Source of the DNA: Octopus vulgaris
Taxonomy: Eukaryota
Direction: 5' to 3'
Length of the DNA: 64,000 nucleotides
Assembly (NCBI GenBank): GCA_951406725.2
Contig: OX597836.1
Location: 25,730,001-25,794,000 of the forward strand
Under the pieces are notes generated by a model, which was not told the DNA's origin, did not search any database, and saw nothing but the letters and a program-made list of their open reading frames with translations. Made by a program: the position numbers and the translations under genes. This document shows, piece after piece, positions 14,335 through 27,101 of this stretch. The first letter of the stretch is position 1, and every line of letters starts with the position of its first letter.

Positions 14335-14691
14335 ACAAAGAGTTGCTTATTTGCAAAAAAAAAAAGAAATATAACATGTGACTTCATTGACCGAGGTTAC
14401 CGTGGTCTTTTCCGTAGGCTTTTCTTTCCACGGGTAAACCTCACCTGTCCTCCCTTTTACACTTCATATTGACATTTCTGTGATAACGATCCCTATTGAT
14501 CAATTTTTTTTCCTCACCTACCCCTTCTTTTTAATTTTATTTTATCCTCCCCCATTTTTTGTCCTCTTTCTTTCCATTTACGATCCCTTTTGATCGAAAA
14601 CCAAACCCCCTTCTTTTACCCCCAAAAGAAAAGCTCTACCTTGTAAGTTTGTCCTGTCTGTGTGCAGCCCTGTATGGCTAATAAAGAAACA

Positions 14692-14693
<2 letters not shown>
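14335..14693 (+). mobile_element. LINE-like 3' end inserted in (TATC)n
   Basis: Ends GCAGCCCTGTATGGCTAATAAAGAAACAT-(ATCT)n and has (TATC)n on both sides. An inverted homolog lies at 31510-31660. Confidence 0.7.
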
Positions 14694-14776
<83 letters not shown>

Positions 14777-14906
14777 GTCTGTCTATTTGTATCTATATCT
14801 ATTGTACTACGTAACCCCGCACACTTGCTACAACGAACATACAAACATTAAACGATCGATTGTTCAGCGGTTAAAGTAGTACATATGTGTGCGCGCGTGC
14901 GTGTGT

Positions 14907-14947
<41 letters not shown>

Positions 14948-15508
14948 CGTTTGTGTGTGTATATGTCTATATATACGTATGTATACAAATGAGTATGTTA
15001 TATATATATATACATACATAAAAAGTGTATTGGCCTATATATCCATATCTTCATGGTGTATAATATATATCTATATACGTTTGTATACACACGTGCGTTA
15101 GAATGCTGGTACATATATGTGTGTGTGTGCGTGTGTATATATATATATATATATACACACACACGCACGCACACACGCGCACAGACACGCACGCACATAT
15201 ATTTATATAGATTCGCGCGAGTAAAACAGTGTGTATTAACCTAAGGTTAATTTAATGTTAACTAGTTTTTTTGCCATTTACAGTAGAGAATTAAAAAAAA
15301 GCTCGGCAATATATTTCGTTTTGTATACATATAATTACATACAAACATACATAACTACATATATACATACATACACTTATATATGTGTGTGTGTGTGTGC
15401 ATTTATGTGCATACAATATACACATGCATACAAACATATCTATGAATATGTGCCTGTGCGTGTCTGTGTGACTGAGTGAATGAGTATGTTTGTATATGTA
15501 TGCATGTG

Positions 15509-15559
<51 letters not shown>

Positions 15560-15678
15560 TTATATATATCATTATATATTTTTGAATATATATATGTATG
15601 TATAATTATATATATATATATATATTATATATAGATGCATTTTATATATATAATTGTATATATTTTAAAATATATTAT

Positions 15679-15725
<47 letters not shown>

Positions 15726-15758
15726 TATATACGTACATATATATATACATACACACAC

Positions 15759-15822
<64 letters not shown>

Positions 15823-18412
15823 CGTATATATGTATGTATGTATGTATGTATAATTACATATAGAAGAATTCCGTAACATATGTAAATTGAGATTAATTTA
15901 TGGCAGATTTAGAACAGTGAAGAAATCAATAATATTTGAGATTACATAAGATATGTAAACAGTGAAATTCGGGTGGCAACAACACACAAATGTATTCGTA
16001 TATATATATACACACAGAGGTACATACAAATATAGGTGCCTATACATACATGTACACTCACACATGCTCTTTAGCCATGAAATCATCACTAAAACCGTCA
16101 CTCACATCAATAATGACCGACAAGTCTATCGCCGCTGCTGCCAACACCATTACCCAAACAAACCCCTCGCCAAATCCGCCACTTCCACCATCGCCATCAA
16201 CAACAAGAACAACACGAGAACCACCGCCACCGCCACCATCATGAGTACCGCTAACACCAACAGCAACACCAACAGCAACACCACAACTGCTACTGACATC
16301 GCCGGACGTTCATCAATAGGACCAGCTCTCCAACTAGACTGTTAGAAAAGAGCGTTAAGTTGGTCGCTTGACCTGCTAGAAATAGCTGCGAAATCTCAGG
16401 CACTAGACGCTATGAAAAATGGAAGGTTGTATTGTATAGCTTGGTATTCCCTGCTTAAAGAGAAGTGGTAGCCACGGATAGAACTGCTTTGAAAAAGGCC
16501 GGCTAGACGAGTGCTGAGCTGGGTGCGGGCACCGCTGTGTAGGACATAACTTTGCGTCTGGTCAGCTGCCGTAGGGTCACGCTGACCAATAGGTTGCCGG
16601 TAGAATTTTATACCGGCCGACAAATTTACATAACTACCTACCTACCTTCCTACCTATCTACCTACTTAACCATCTACCTACCCATCTACCTACCCAACTA
16701 CCTACCTCTCTATCTACCCATCTACCCACCTTCCTACCGACTGACCTGCCTGCCTGCCTGTCTACCTACCTGCCTGTCTACCTACCTACCTACCTACCTA
16801 CCTACATACATACATACATACATATCTAAATACCTATCTATCTACCTACATAGCTATCTACTTTCCTTCCTACCCATCTGCCTGCCTGCCTACCTACCTA
16901 CCTACCTACCTACCTACCTACCTGCCAACCTACCTACCTATCTACCTACCTACCTACCTACCTACCTACCTACCTACTTACCACCAACCTACCTACCTAC
17001 CTACCTACCTACTTACCACCAACCTACCTACCTACCTGCCTACCTGCCTACCTACCTACCTGCCTTCCTGCCTACCTACCTACCTACCTACATACATATA
17101 TGCATACATACCTCCTTACCTACCTGCCGACCTACCTACATACATACATACATACATACATACATACATACATACATACATACATACATACATACATGCA
17201 CACATATATACATATATACATACATACATACAGACAGACAGACAGACATATAAGCAAATCAAAGCTTTAAAAAATATACAGGAACACAACAGAAATCAAT
17301 TAGACGTATACAGTGAACATATTAGATGACGCTCAGTAAAAGCTTTAAACGTAAAAAATTGTGAAAGGAAACGATGTTTTGAGCATGGCTCTCTGTCGGA
17401 AAGAAAGAAAAAGTTCAGAGAGATGAATACATACATACATACATACATACATACATACATACATACATACATACATACATACATACATACATACATACGT
17501 ACATGCAAGCACGCACACATTAATAAATCACACGCACTGTTTGTGTTTTTGTATTTCACAGTGGATTTCTTATTAGTTAATTAGATAGTTAATTAGCTTA
17601 TTATTTGATTGATTACTTCATTAAAATTGATTAATTGGTTTCGTCACAACCTGTGACATTATTGGTAACGGCGTGCTCGGCGTGCACTTCATCCCTGCTT
17701 ATAGGCACGCACTCCGTGAACCGTTTTGGATCTTGTGTGTGTGTGTGTGTGTGTGTGCATGCGTGTGTGTTTGTATGTGTGTGCGTGTGTGCGTGCGTAT
17801 GTGTGTTTATGTATATGTGTATGTAAGTATATCTTATATCGTTGGTTGATAAACTTGCTGAAAACAAAATAGTTACTGTTGTTACATCTCAATAGATGTA
17901 GCCTGATAATGTGTGTTGTATGTGTGTGTGTGTGTATGTGTGTGTGTATGTGTGTGTGTGTGTCTGTGTCTGTGTGGGTATCAAGGAAGAAAGAGGGAGA
18001 GAGAGAGAGAAATGTATACATATAATGAATATAATGATTCCTGAGAGAATCGGGTACTTAGATAATATGCACCAGCTAGGGTTGGATTAACCTGTGGTCA
18101 CCTCCTATGGTCGATTAAATACCCGGTAGAATGTTCAGGTTGTGCACACAGAGAAAAACGACCCATACGAGTATTTAGCGCCTAGTGGATGGTCCAGAGC
18201 ACATGCTGTGTTGATCATACGTTGTTTGGTATACTCCAGTGATTCAGCCGCGTCGTCAATCACTATCGTGTATTATAAGCAAATGAATAACAGACGTTGG
18301 ATATCCATCGTCTGCTGTTATTCACTTGCACCCCGGTCACTTCAAAAATGTAACCGAACGTGGGCTTTTGGCAATTTTCCCATATTTTTCCTTCTTCCTC
18401 TTTGGACTTCCC

Positions 18413-18449
18413 TGTTTCCGACGAAGAGCTATGCTCGAAACGTTAAACA
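18413..18449 (+). ncRNA. Minimal hammerhead-like motif (variant core) in a probable Penelope-like terminal repeat (~18040-18535)
   Basis: Stem I TGTTT/AAACA; CCGACGA-A (U4>C plus an extra A); stem II GAGC-TAT-GCTC; GAAA-CG-TT. The element ends in (AT)n. Confidence 0.55.
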
Positions 18450-18529
18450 ACAACTCTCTCGAATTAGTATATTGCTTCTACACGTCCTCACGATCGTGTG
18501 TTTCCTTTCTGTTTTTCGTTCTTTGAACT

Positions 18530-18594
<65 letters not shown>

Positions 18595-18628
18595 CATACA
18601 TACATACATACATACATACATACATACA

Positions 18629-18660
<32 letters not shown>

Positions 18661-18774
18661 CATATATATATAGATACATACTTACATATATACATACATA
18701 CATACATACGTACACACATGCACGGATACATATATACATACATACATACATACATACATACATACATACATGCA

Positions 18775-18805
<31 letters not shown>

Positions 18806-18989
18806 GCATGTGTCCGCACATCTATATGCATAAGCTAACCCTCACTGATAAACTCTAACCAGGACAGTTTCTTTTCCACCAGTTAACCTCGTCTGAGCAA
18901 TGTCTGAGAGATTCAAAATTCTGTATAGGAACAATGCTGCCGTGTGATACGTGACAATATAACTCACACACACACACACACACACATCC

Positions 18990-19024
<35 letters not shown>

Positions 19025-19881
19025 CATATTTGTTCATAATTATCATGGTGTTCTTATTCACACTTAGAAACACGCCGCTAATCGTATATACGCATAGGTG
19101 TGAATGTGTGTGTGTGCATGTTCTAAGTATGTGAGTGCATATGTGTATAAGCGAATATCTGTATGTATGTATGTGTGCATAAGCATATATATATATATAT
19201 ATTAGAGTGACCCTTAGTAATAGGTAATTTTCCGAAAGTTAGAATTTTTCTGCTCCCACCCCGTAATCCTCTTCCAATAAAGAAATAAATGAGGCGTTCA
19301 AAATCTCAGCTTAATCGGACAACTGCATGACGACCCTCAAACCCCTTGATGTTGAAACATAATATACACAACGACTAATTCTGTTCAAAACCGGTATACT
19401 GTTCCCTTTCTTGACCATTTTCTTGTTTTAAACGTATATATAGAGTCAGATGACCTTAAAATTGATGCCTTACAAACGAAGCATTTTGAGGTATTTGTTC
19501 TGCATTGAGTTATAGACACTCCCTTGTTACTCTGGTTATAATAAATGCAGTGAAAGAAAAAACAAAACTGGTCCCTGTGAAACCCCAAACAGTCGACGTT
19601 AATGGTCACCATTTGTGTTATAAGATGAATAACTACATACAACAGCTCTACAAAAACCATCACCATCGCCAATACTACGACAGATACCAGCGCCAACACC
19701 ACCGACCAAAAATACCAATAGCAGCAGCAGCACCCTTCCCTCCCACACACACACCACCGCCGCCGACGCCGCCACCACCACCAATATATTCACCTCGAAC
19801 ACCACCGCTATCACCACCACGATTGGCTCGAACCAAAGTTTTCCGTAATGTAGGTCGAGATACTCGTATATTTCATCTTGT

Positions 19882-20257
19882 GGAGGCGCAATAGCCCAGT
19901 GGTTAGGGCAGCGGACTCGCGGTCGGTCGTAGGATCGCGGTTTCGATTCCCAGGCCGGGCGTTGTGAGTGTTTATTGAGCGAAAACACCGAAAGCTCCAC
20001 CATGTTCCGATAGGGGGCAGTGGCGAATCCTGCTGTACTCTTTCACCACAACTTCCCCTCACTCTTTCCTCCTGTTTCTGTTGTACCTGTATATCAAAGG
20101 GCCAGCTTTTGCACACTTTGTGTCATGCTGAATCTTCCCGAGAGTTACGTTAAGGATACATGTGCCTGTGGAGTGCTCAGCCACTTGCACGTTTCACGAG
20201 TAGGCTGTTCCGTGATCAGATCAACTGGAAACCTCGCCGTCGTAACCGACGGAGCAT
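19882..20257 (+). mobile_element. tRNA-derived SINE (head B + tail 2)
   Basis: A box TAGCCCAGTGG, B box GGTTTCGATTCCC. Head shared with 57734-57850; 3' half shared with 29995-30180. Confidence 0.88.
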
Positions 20258-20552
20258 ATTACGTCTGAAATGCGCTAAGAAATGATAAATCACACCTGAA
20301 ACCTTTTGGTCATAGTTTAACTGGATCAGGGTTGGTCAAGGGTGACACAACAAGAACAATAATACTAGTATCTTTATGACTTGGTTGTGGTGGTGGTGGT
20401 GGTTGTGGTGGTGGTGGCTACACTGGTCACTTACACTGCCACCAACACTACACCCGACATCACCACCAACACCACCACCACCACTACCAGCAACACCTAC
20501 ACCCACACCATCAGCACCAACACCACCAGACCCCCACCACCACCACCACCAA

Positions 20553-20611
<59 letters not shown>

Positions 20612-20767
20612 TCACCACCACCATAACCACCACCAACAACAACAACAATAATACTACAAAGAACGGAGAATTGTACGTTTTCTGACGCCAGAATTGTACG
20701 TTTTCTAACATCTGAACCGAAGAAGACTTAGAAATGTGTTTACAGATGTGTGTGCTATATGTGTGTT

Positions 20768-20826
<59 letters not shown>

Positions 20827-21004
20827 GTGTGTTTATGTGTGTGCGTGTGTGTTTGTGTGTGTGTGTGTGTACGTCTGTGCGCATAGGTGGGTGAATGCAC
20901 GTGCGTGTATGTGAGATATAAAAGAGCGATAGAAAGAGGCTAATTGCTGAAACCAGTTAAGAGTACAAGAATACAGAAGAGAGAGTTTATAATAATAATA
21001 ATAA

Positions 21005-21194
21005 TCCTTTCTACAATAGGCACAAAGCTTGAAATTCGGGGAAGGGGGACAGGTCGTTTACATCGACCCCAGTACGTGACTGGTACTTATTTTATCGAAC
21101 TAGAAAAGATGAAAAGCAAAGTCGACCTCGGAAGGACGGATGAAATGCCGCTACGCATTTCGGCTGGAGCTCTAACGATTCTGCCAGCTCGCCG
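21005..21194 (-). mobile_element. Nin/Deu-like-core SINE, older tail-A variant ending in (ATT)n
   Basis: Same head and core as 43743-43973, but the tail is ...CTTTGTGCCTATTGTAGAAAGGATTATT. Similar copies lie at 35826-36047, 44903-45118 and 46640-46835. Confidence 0.8.
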
Positions 21195-21218
21195 TAATGT
21201 TAATAATAATAATAATAA

Positions 21219-21678
21219 TAAAAAGATGGGCTACAGCAAATATTATGCTCAATACCACAGATTTGCTTGTCAGTTGTTTGACTTTAACCAGTTGAGCATG
21301 ACCCTCTGTGGCTGACGATATGTGCATCTCTGATCACGAGCAGAAGTAGTGGGGGAGCCATGTGTTGAGAGGGATTCTTTGGGGTTTGAATAATTCACCT
21401 CTGGAAACATGGGTGGTTCTTTCAACATCCTTAAACAACCCTTATTCAGGGACCTTTTGAGCGGGATGGGCTACTCAACCTGAAGAAAATTCTAACTGGG
21501 CCCCACCTGCAAGGTCATGTGCTGTTTATCTTGATATGAAATTACCATGTCGCGTACATATGATTGTGATGCATGTGCCTGGTGTACCCTTATCAGACGG
21601 GTAGTCATGATGGGTTTGCTGGGCTTCGTATATTTTACCCCAGTGTCACTTTGATGGCATGAACTCCTCTCTCACTCA
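21219..21678 (+). mobile_element. (TAA)n-flanked retroposed element, 5'-truncated copy
   Basis: Nearly identical to 42385-42850, with the same 3' end CTCTCACTCA-(ATA)n. Confidence 0.8.
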
Positions 21679-21717
21679 ATAATAGTAATAATAATAATAA
21701 TAGTAATAGTAATAGTA

Positions 21718-21796
<79 letters not shown>

Positions 21797-21797
<1 letters not shown>

Positions 21798-21895
21798 CAA
21801 AAACATAGAAGCTATACCTGGATCCTCAATACTACACACTATCCAAAAAATAGCCACATCCTATGCAAGACACCATCAATCCAATAATACAACCC
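21797..21895 (+). mobile_element. Short R4/Dong-type ORF C-terminal fragment
   Basis: Translates NIEAIPGSSILHTIQKIA / HILCKTPSIQ* directly after (TAA)n. Resembles 40735-40848. Confidence 0.6.
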
Positions 21896-23040
21896 GAACA
21901 TGGAATTATTTGATCAGCTTAACGACTTTCTCAGTGCTAAGAATGAAATGAAAATGGCGTCAACAACGGATGGAAAAGCGTTTGTCAGTTATTTGACAGA
22001 CATCTTTGAGAAGCTTGGAAACTTGAATAAACAACTCCAAGGTGCAAACATGATGCTTGCTGATGCGAAAGCAAAGATTTTTGGATTCATTACAGCCTTC
22101 GTAATATGCCAACAAATGTTTCCAAAAGAAATTTCAGTCAGTTATACTGAGACAATGAATGATGCTGCCACCGTAATTATTGAATATCTATTTCTTTACT
22201 ACCCACAAGGGGCTAAACACAGAGAGGACAAACAAGGACAGACAAGCGGATTAAGTCGGTTATATCGACCCCAGTGCGTAACTGGTACTTTTTTAATCGA
22301 CCCCGAAAGGATGAAAGGCAAAGTCGACCTCGGCGGAATTTGAACTCAGAACGTAGCGGCAGACGAAATACTGCTAAGCATTTTGCCCGGTGCGCTAACG
22401 TTTCTGCCATCTCGCCACCTTTGTGGTCACTGTAATTATTGAATATCATAATAAAGGACTTCATCGACAGATTTTGTGATTTGAAGGCAAAGAATTTTTC
22501 TTCTTGGTTAACTCAATCACTGCTGATTGACGTTTCTGATGCTGCAGTTCAATACCAAGAAGAGTTATCGGAATTGCAACGTGATGAATCAGTGAAGACT
22601 TTGTTTAAATTGAAAGGTACAAATATGTGGCTATGTGATGAGGTTGAAAGAAAATACTCCAGCATCTCTACATCAGCAAGAGAACTACTGATTCATTTTC
22701 CTTCATCTTATTCGGTCGAATGTGGATTCAGTGCAGTTGACAATTTACTGGAAGCCAAGAGAAACCGGCTTGAAATTATAAAACGTGGTGATTTACGGCT
22801 GAAGTTAACGAAATAGTCTCCTCATATCAAAGATCTGTACCGTATGCACCAAGTACAGGGTTTTCACTAAATGAATCGACGTATCCGTCAGCCAGGTAAT
22901 TGAATTAAAAATCGTGTTTCTATATCTAAAAATAAATGTTGATGGGCACCAGATTTTTTGTTAATACAACGTGCGGCACCGGAAAATTTATTAAAAAGTG
23001 GGGCAACGGAAAAGGAACGATTTAAATAATAACCATGGTA
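21896..23040 (+). mobile_element. hAT (Buster/Charlie-like) transposase 3' remnant interrupted by a SINE
   Basis: ORFs 21900 and 22439 contain SYLTDIFEKLGNLNKQLQG, LLIHFPSSYSVECGFSAV and KRNRL..RGDLRLKLT (hAT dimerization region). There is a premature stop and a degenerate terminus near 23035. Confidence 0.85.
22189..22420 (-). mobile_element. Full-length tail-B SINE with 16-bp TSD
   Basis: GTAATTATTGAATATC at 22173-22188 and 22432-22447. A and B boxes on the minus strand. Confidence 0.92.
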
Positions 23041-23274
23041 ACAAATGATTCGTCTTTCCCTTGTCACTGTCATTAAAGACAACTCACCCTAAAGGATCAC
23101 AAATGTATGTATGTATGCAGGTATGTAAGCATTGTATGTATATAGATGTATGTACGTATGTATATAAATGCATATATGTATATCTATCTTTCTATCTCTT
23201 TCCATCCATTCATTCGTTCGTCCCTCCGTCTCTCTGACTCTCTGTCTATCTCTGTTCAACATGTTTCCCTCCCA

Positions 23275-23402
23275 GATTCACGCACTTATTGCAGCAGTCC
23301 TTTAGTTTTTCTAAGACCTTCAAAAGAACTCGGAAGGTTGGGCCTCCAACCAGGCCTTCCGCGACACCCTTAAAGCCAGTAACTTTTCAGCACCCCTTTG
23401 TA
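23275..23402 (-). mobile_element. Mariner-derived MITE fragment
   Basis: Reverse complement of the 5' half of 25655-25882. TIR AAAGCCAGTAACTTTTCAGCACCCCTTTGTA. Confidence 0.75.
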
Positions 23403-23528
23403 TGTGTATATTAAATATTGATGCTTGAAACCTTGCTGCTCAACTGCTTGTCCTAAGTCATCTCAAAGCACTGTGACATAATGGATATCACGGAAATGAT
23501 GTGGATTAATTGAGGCGGTTATTTACCT

Positions 23529-23941
23529 ATTTCTTTATTACCCACAAGGGGCTAAACACAGAGGGGACAAACAAGGACAGACATAGGTATTAAGTCGATT
23601 ACATCGACCCCAGTGCGTAACTGGTACTTAATTTATCGACCCCGAAAGGATGAAAGGCAAAGTCGACCTCAGCGGAATTTGAACTCACAACGTAACGCAG
23701 ACGAAATACCCATTTCTTTATTACCCACAAGGGGCTAAACACAGAGGGGACAAACAAGGACAGACACAGGTATTAAGTCGATTACATCGACCCCAGTGCG
23801 TAACTGGTACTTAATTTATCGATCCCCGAAAGGATGAAAGGCAAAGTCGAACTCAGCGGAATTTGAACTCACAACGTAACGCAGACGAAATACCGCGAAG
23901 CATTTCCCTCAGCGTGCTAACGCTTCAGCCAACTCGCTGCC
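23529..23941 (-). mobile_element. Dimeric tail-B SINE with a single 17-bp TSD
   Basis: GAGGCGGTTATTTACCT at 23512-23528 and 23942-23958. Two head-to-tail units join at 23710. Confidence 0.9.
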
Positions 23942-24543
23942 GAGGCGGTTATTTACCTGTCAAAATGAAGCAACCAACCAATCAACATACACACATTAAT
24001 ATGTAGAGTCAGCAGATGAGATCGTGAGAATCTCAATATAAAAAAACACTTCGTAGTGCTCAGGTGATTTGAACTTACACCCCGATGTCTTCACCGAGGA
24101 CCAAGTCACGTGGGTAAAGAGGGGCCATAAAGGGAATCCAAGGGAGCAGATATGCAGACGATAATGATTCAAATGAACAGATAAAACCCAAGGACTTATC
24201 CATTTATTCGAATCATTGTCTCCGTATAAATATGCATGTATAAGATGAATGGACGGATGGATGGATGGAGTGATGGATGGATGGATGGATGAATGGATGG
24301 ATGGATGGATGGACGGACGGATGGATGAATGGATATACTGTGTTTGCAGAAGATACAAGTTCGTGTCCCACGGGCAGCCTTCGAAATTTTCCATCTAAAG
24401 GGCTTTTAACCCAATATTTATACGAATTATTTGTAGCTTTATTTGCTTCATGATTCACCGTTCCTAATATAGAACTAGTACGCCCTTTCGAAATTTCTAA
24501 ATTGCTTTAACATCAACGATATGTGCATATATATATATATATA

Positions 24544-24593
<50 letters not shown>

Positions 24594-24912
24594 GAAATGT
24601 ATGTATATTGTTAAAGTGGATCCACAATTATTCGTTTAATTTACGAAAAATAAAATCAAAATCTATATTAGAAAATAATTATATTTGTCGTGAAATAAAC
24701 GATTTGTTTTCTATTATTGCTGCGACACCTCTTATACCATTTCTCTCTCTCTCTCTCTCTCTACAAGTCTTCTCCCCACCTGTCTACCATTATTAATCCA
24801 TTGGCTCTTACACACAACGCCTTCTCTAAGTGTGGCGATGTTGATGACGGTGGTGGTGGCGGTGGCGGTGGTGGTGGTGCTGCTGCTTATCATGATGACG
24901 ACAACGACGATA

Positions 24913-24953
<41 letters not shown>

Positions 24954-25654
24954 AGCGATGATGGTGATGGTGATGATGGAGGTGGTGATGTTATAGTGGT
25001 GATGATGTTGATGTTGATGCTGCTGCTGCTGATGATGATGACGAGGAGGAGGAGGAGGAGGAGGAGGAGGAGGACGACGACGACGTTGAGGATGAAAATG
25101 CTGCTGCTGCTGCTGCTGTTTAATAAATCCACGTGCATCTAACACATGACATGTCCAAAAATCACATCACTACTGCCACCACTACCACTACCGCTATGAC
25201 GACCACCACTACAACTACTAAAACTACCACCGCCACCCATAATACCACTACAATGACAGTCATTTCTACAACAGCAATTACCACAACGACCACAGTCAAC
25301 TCCTACCTCTACCACAACAGCTACTACTACTACTACTACAACTACTAGTATAACCACCAAGATTGTTACCGACACCACCACCGCCACAACCACCACTCTT
25401 AGCACCACTTCTACTGCTAACCCACCTCCACTAATACCACAACAAAAACCACCACTACCACCACAGCCCCCTTAACCATCACCGCAACCAGTACCACTGC
25501 AACCACCACCACCACCGCAACCACTATGTACATATCGCCTCCACGACCCAAAATGGATGCCCCTATATGACCGCCACATCGGGTACAAATGTCAATTTGC
25601 CATTAAATAGCACCTAGCACCTAACAGACTTTGAAAAGGGACAAAATGCTATTA

Positions 25655-25882
25655 AGTGGGTGTTAAAAGTTCCTGGCATTAAGGGTGTCGCGAAAGGCCT
25701 GGTTGGAGGCCCAATCTTCCGAGTTATTTTACAGGCTTCAGAAAAAAATAAAGGACCACTGCAATAGGTGTGTGAATTTGAGAGGGGAATATGTTGAATG
25801 AAATCATAATTAAGTGATCCTCCTGTATTTTCTTTTACACGAAGCCAGGGACTTTTTAGTAAATTTTTAGTACTCCTTCGTG
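25655..25882 (+). mobile_element. Mariner-derived MITE
   Basis: TIRs AAAAGTTCCTGGC / GCCAGGGACTTTT. Internal remnant encodes [11 protein letters not shown], a mariner-type C-terminus. Confidence 0.8.
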
Positions 25883-25901
25883 TGTGTGAGTGTGTGTATA
25901 C

Positions 25902-25998
<97 letters not shown>

Positions 25999-26067
25999 CA
26001 GACACACATATATATACATACTTTATATATATTTATATGTATATATATATATACATATATATATGTA

Positions 26068-26110
<43 letters not shown>

Positions 26111-26118
26111 TATATAAG

Positions 26119-26212
<94 letters not shown>

Positions 26213-26215
<3 letters not shown>

Positions 26216-26415
26216 GGTACTGAAAAGTTCTTGGCTTTAAGGGTTTCGCGAAAGGCATCGTTGGAGACGTAACCTTCTGTGTTCTTTTTCATGGTTTAGC
26301 AAAACTGAAGGACCGCTGCAAAAAAGTGAATGAATCTCAGAGGGGAATATGTTGAATAAAATCATGACTGATCCCCCTGGCTTTTACCCAAAGCCAGGAA
26401 CTTTTCAGGACCTTA
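26213..26415 (+). mobile_element. Mariner-derived MITE, second copy
   Basis: CTGAAAAGTTCTTGGCTTT ... AAAGCCAGGAACTTTTCAG. AGAGGGGAATATGTTGAAT is shared with 25655-25882. Confidence 0.8.
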
Positions 26416-27101
26416 GAAAAAGATATATAAGATGCCGAAAGACAGATTTTTTGGGGTCTGTTGATTGGTTGGTTTGTTGATTTTTATCTTTCTTTCAAAG
26501 GAGAACGCTAAAGATAAGGTGAATGGTAAAGATTGGGAGAGCAGTGGCTGTGCCGAGAGAGATGAAAGAGAGCAAAGGAAAGTATTAGAGATATACGTGG
26601 ATCAGTTGGACGGAGATGCAGAGATACGAGGGATTTTGATTTTGGAGAGAGATGTGGGGAAAAAGATGCATAGAAAAATAGGGATTAGGGAGATAGAAAG
26701 ATAAAGGGAAAGAGAGAATGAGGTGGGAGAAATAATTATAGAGAGAGAAATGAAGGAAGACAAATTCAGGGGACGATATTGAAGTGTGTGTGTAGGGGTG
26801 TGTGAAAACACAGAGAAGTTAGAGAAAATTCGAGATAAATGTTGAAAAACATCAAGACACGAAGTATAAGATTGAAAATATTTAAAAGAAGAAGAATTGA
26901 AACGGAAGAAGAAAATGGAGTAAAACATGAAGATAGATGAAAGAATACTAGAAGGAGACAGAAATAGACTTGGCTATTACTGAGGTGTCTATACTTTATA
27001 TGTGTGTGTGTATATATATATCATGTGGTGAAGCTTCAACAAGTTGTACAGCAATCGATCAGCTAAGAGAGTAAAGATATTATTAGAATAAAAACAGCGA
27101 A

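Noticed and set aside
16497-16605. HDV-like ribozyme (starts GGCCGGC)
   Set aside because: No P3/L3 loop of the right size, no P1.1 GG, and no identifiable catalytic C junction.
16630-17140. (CCTA)n tract as a possible interstitial telomere
   Set aside because: The unit is the tetramer TAGG, not TTAGGG, and it grades into (CATA)n like other microsatellites.
19882-19960. tRNA gene
   Set aside because: tRNA-like head continuing into a SINE body. No proper acceptor stem or terminator, and multiple diverged copies exist.
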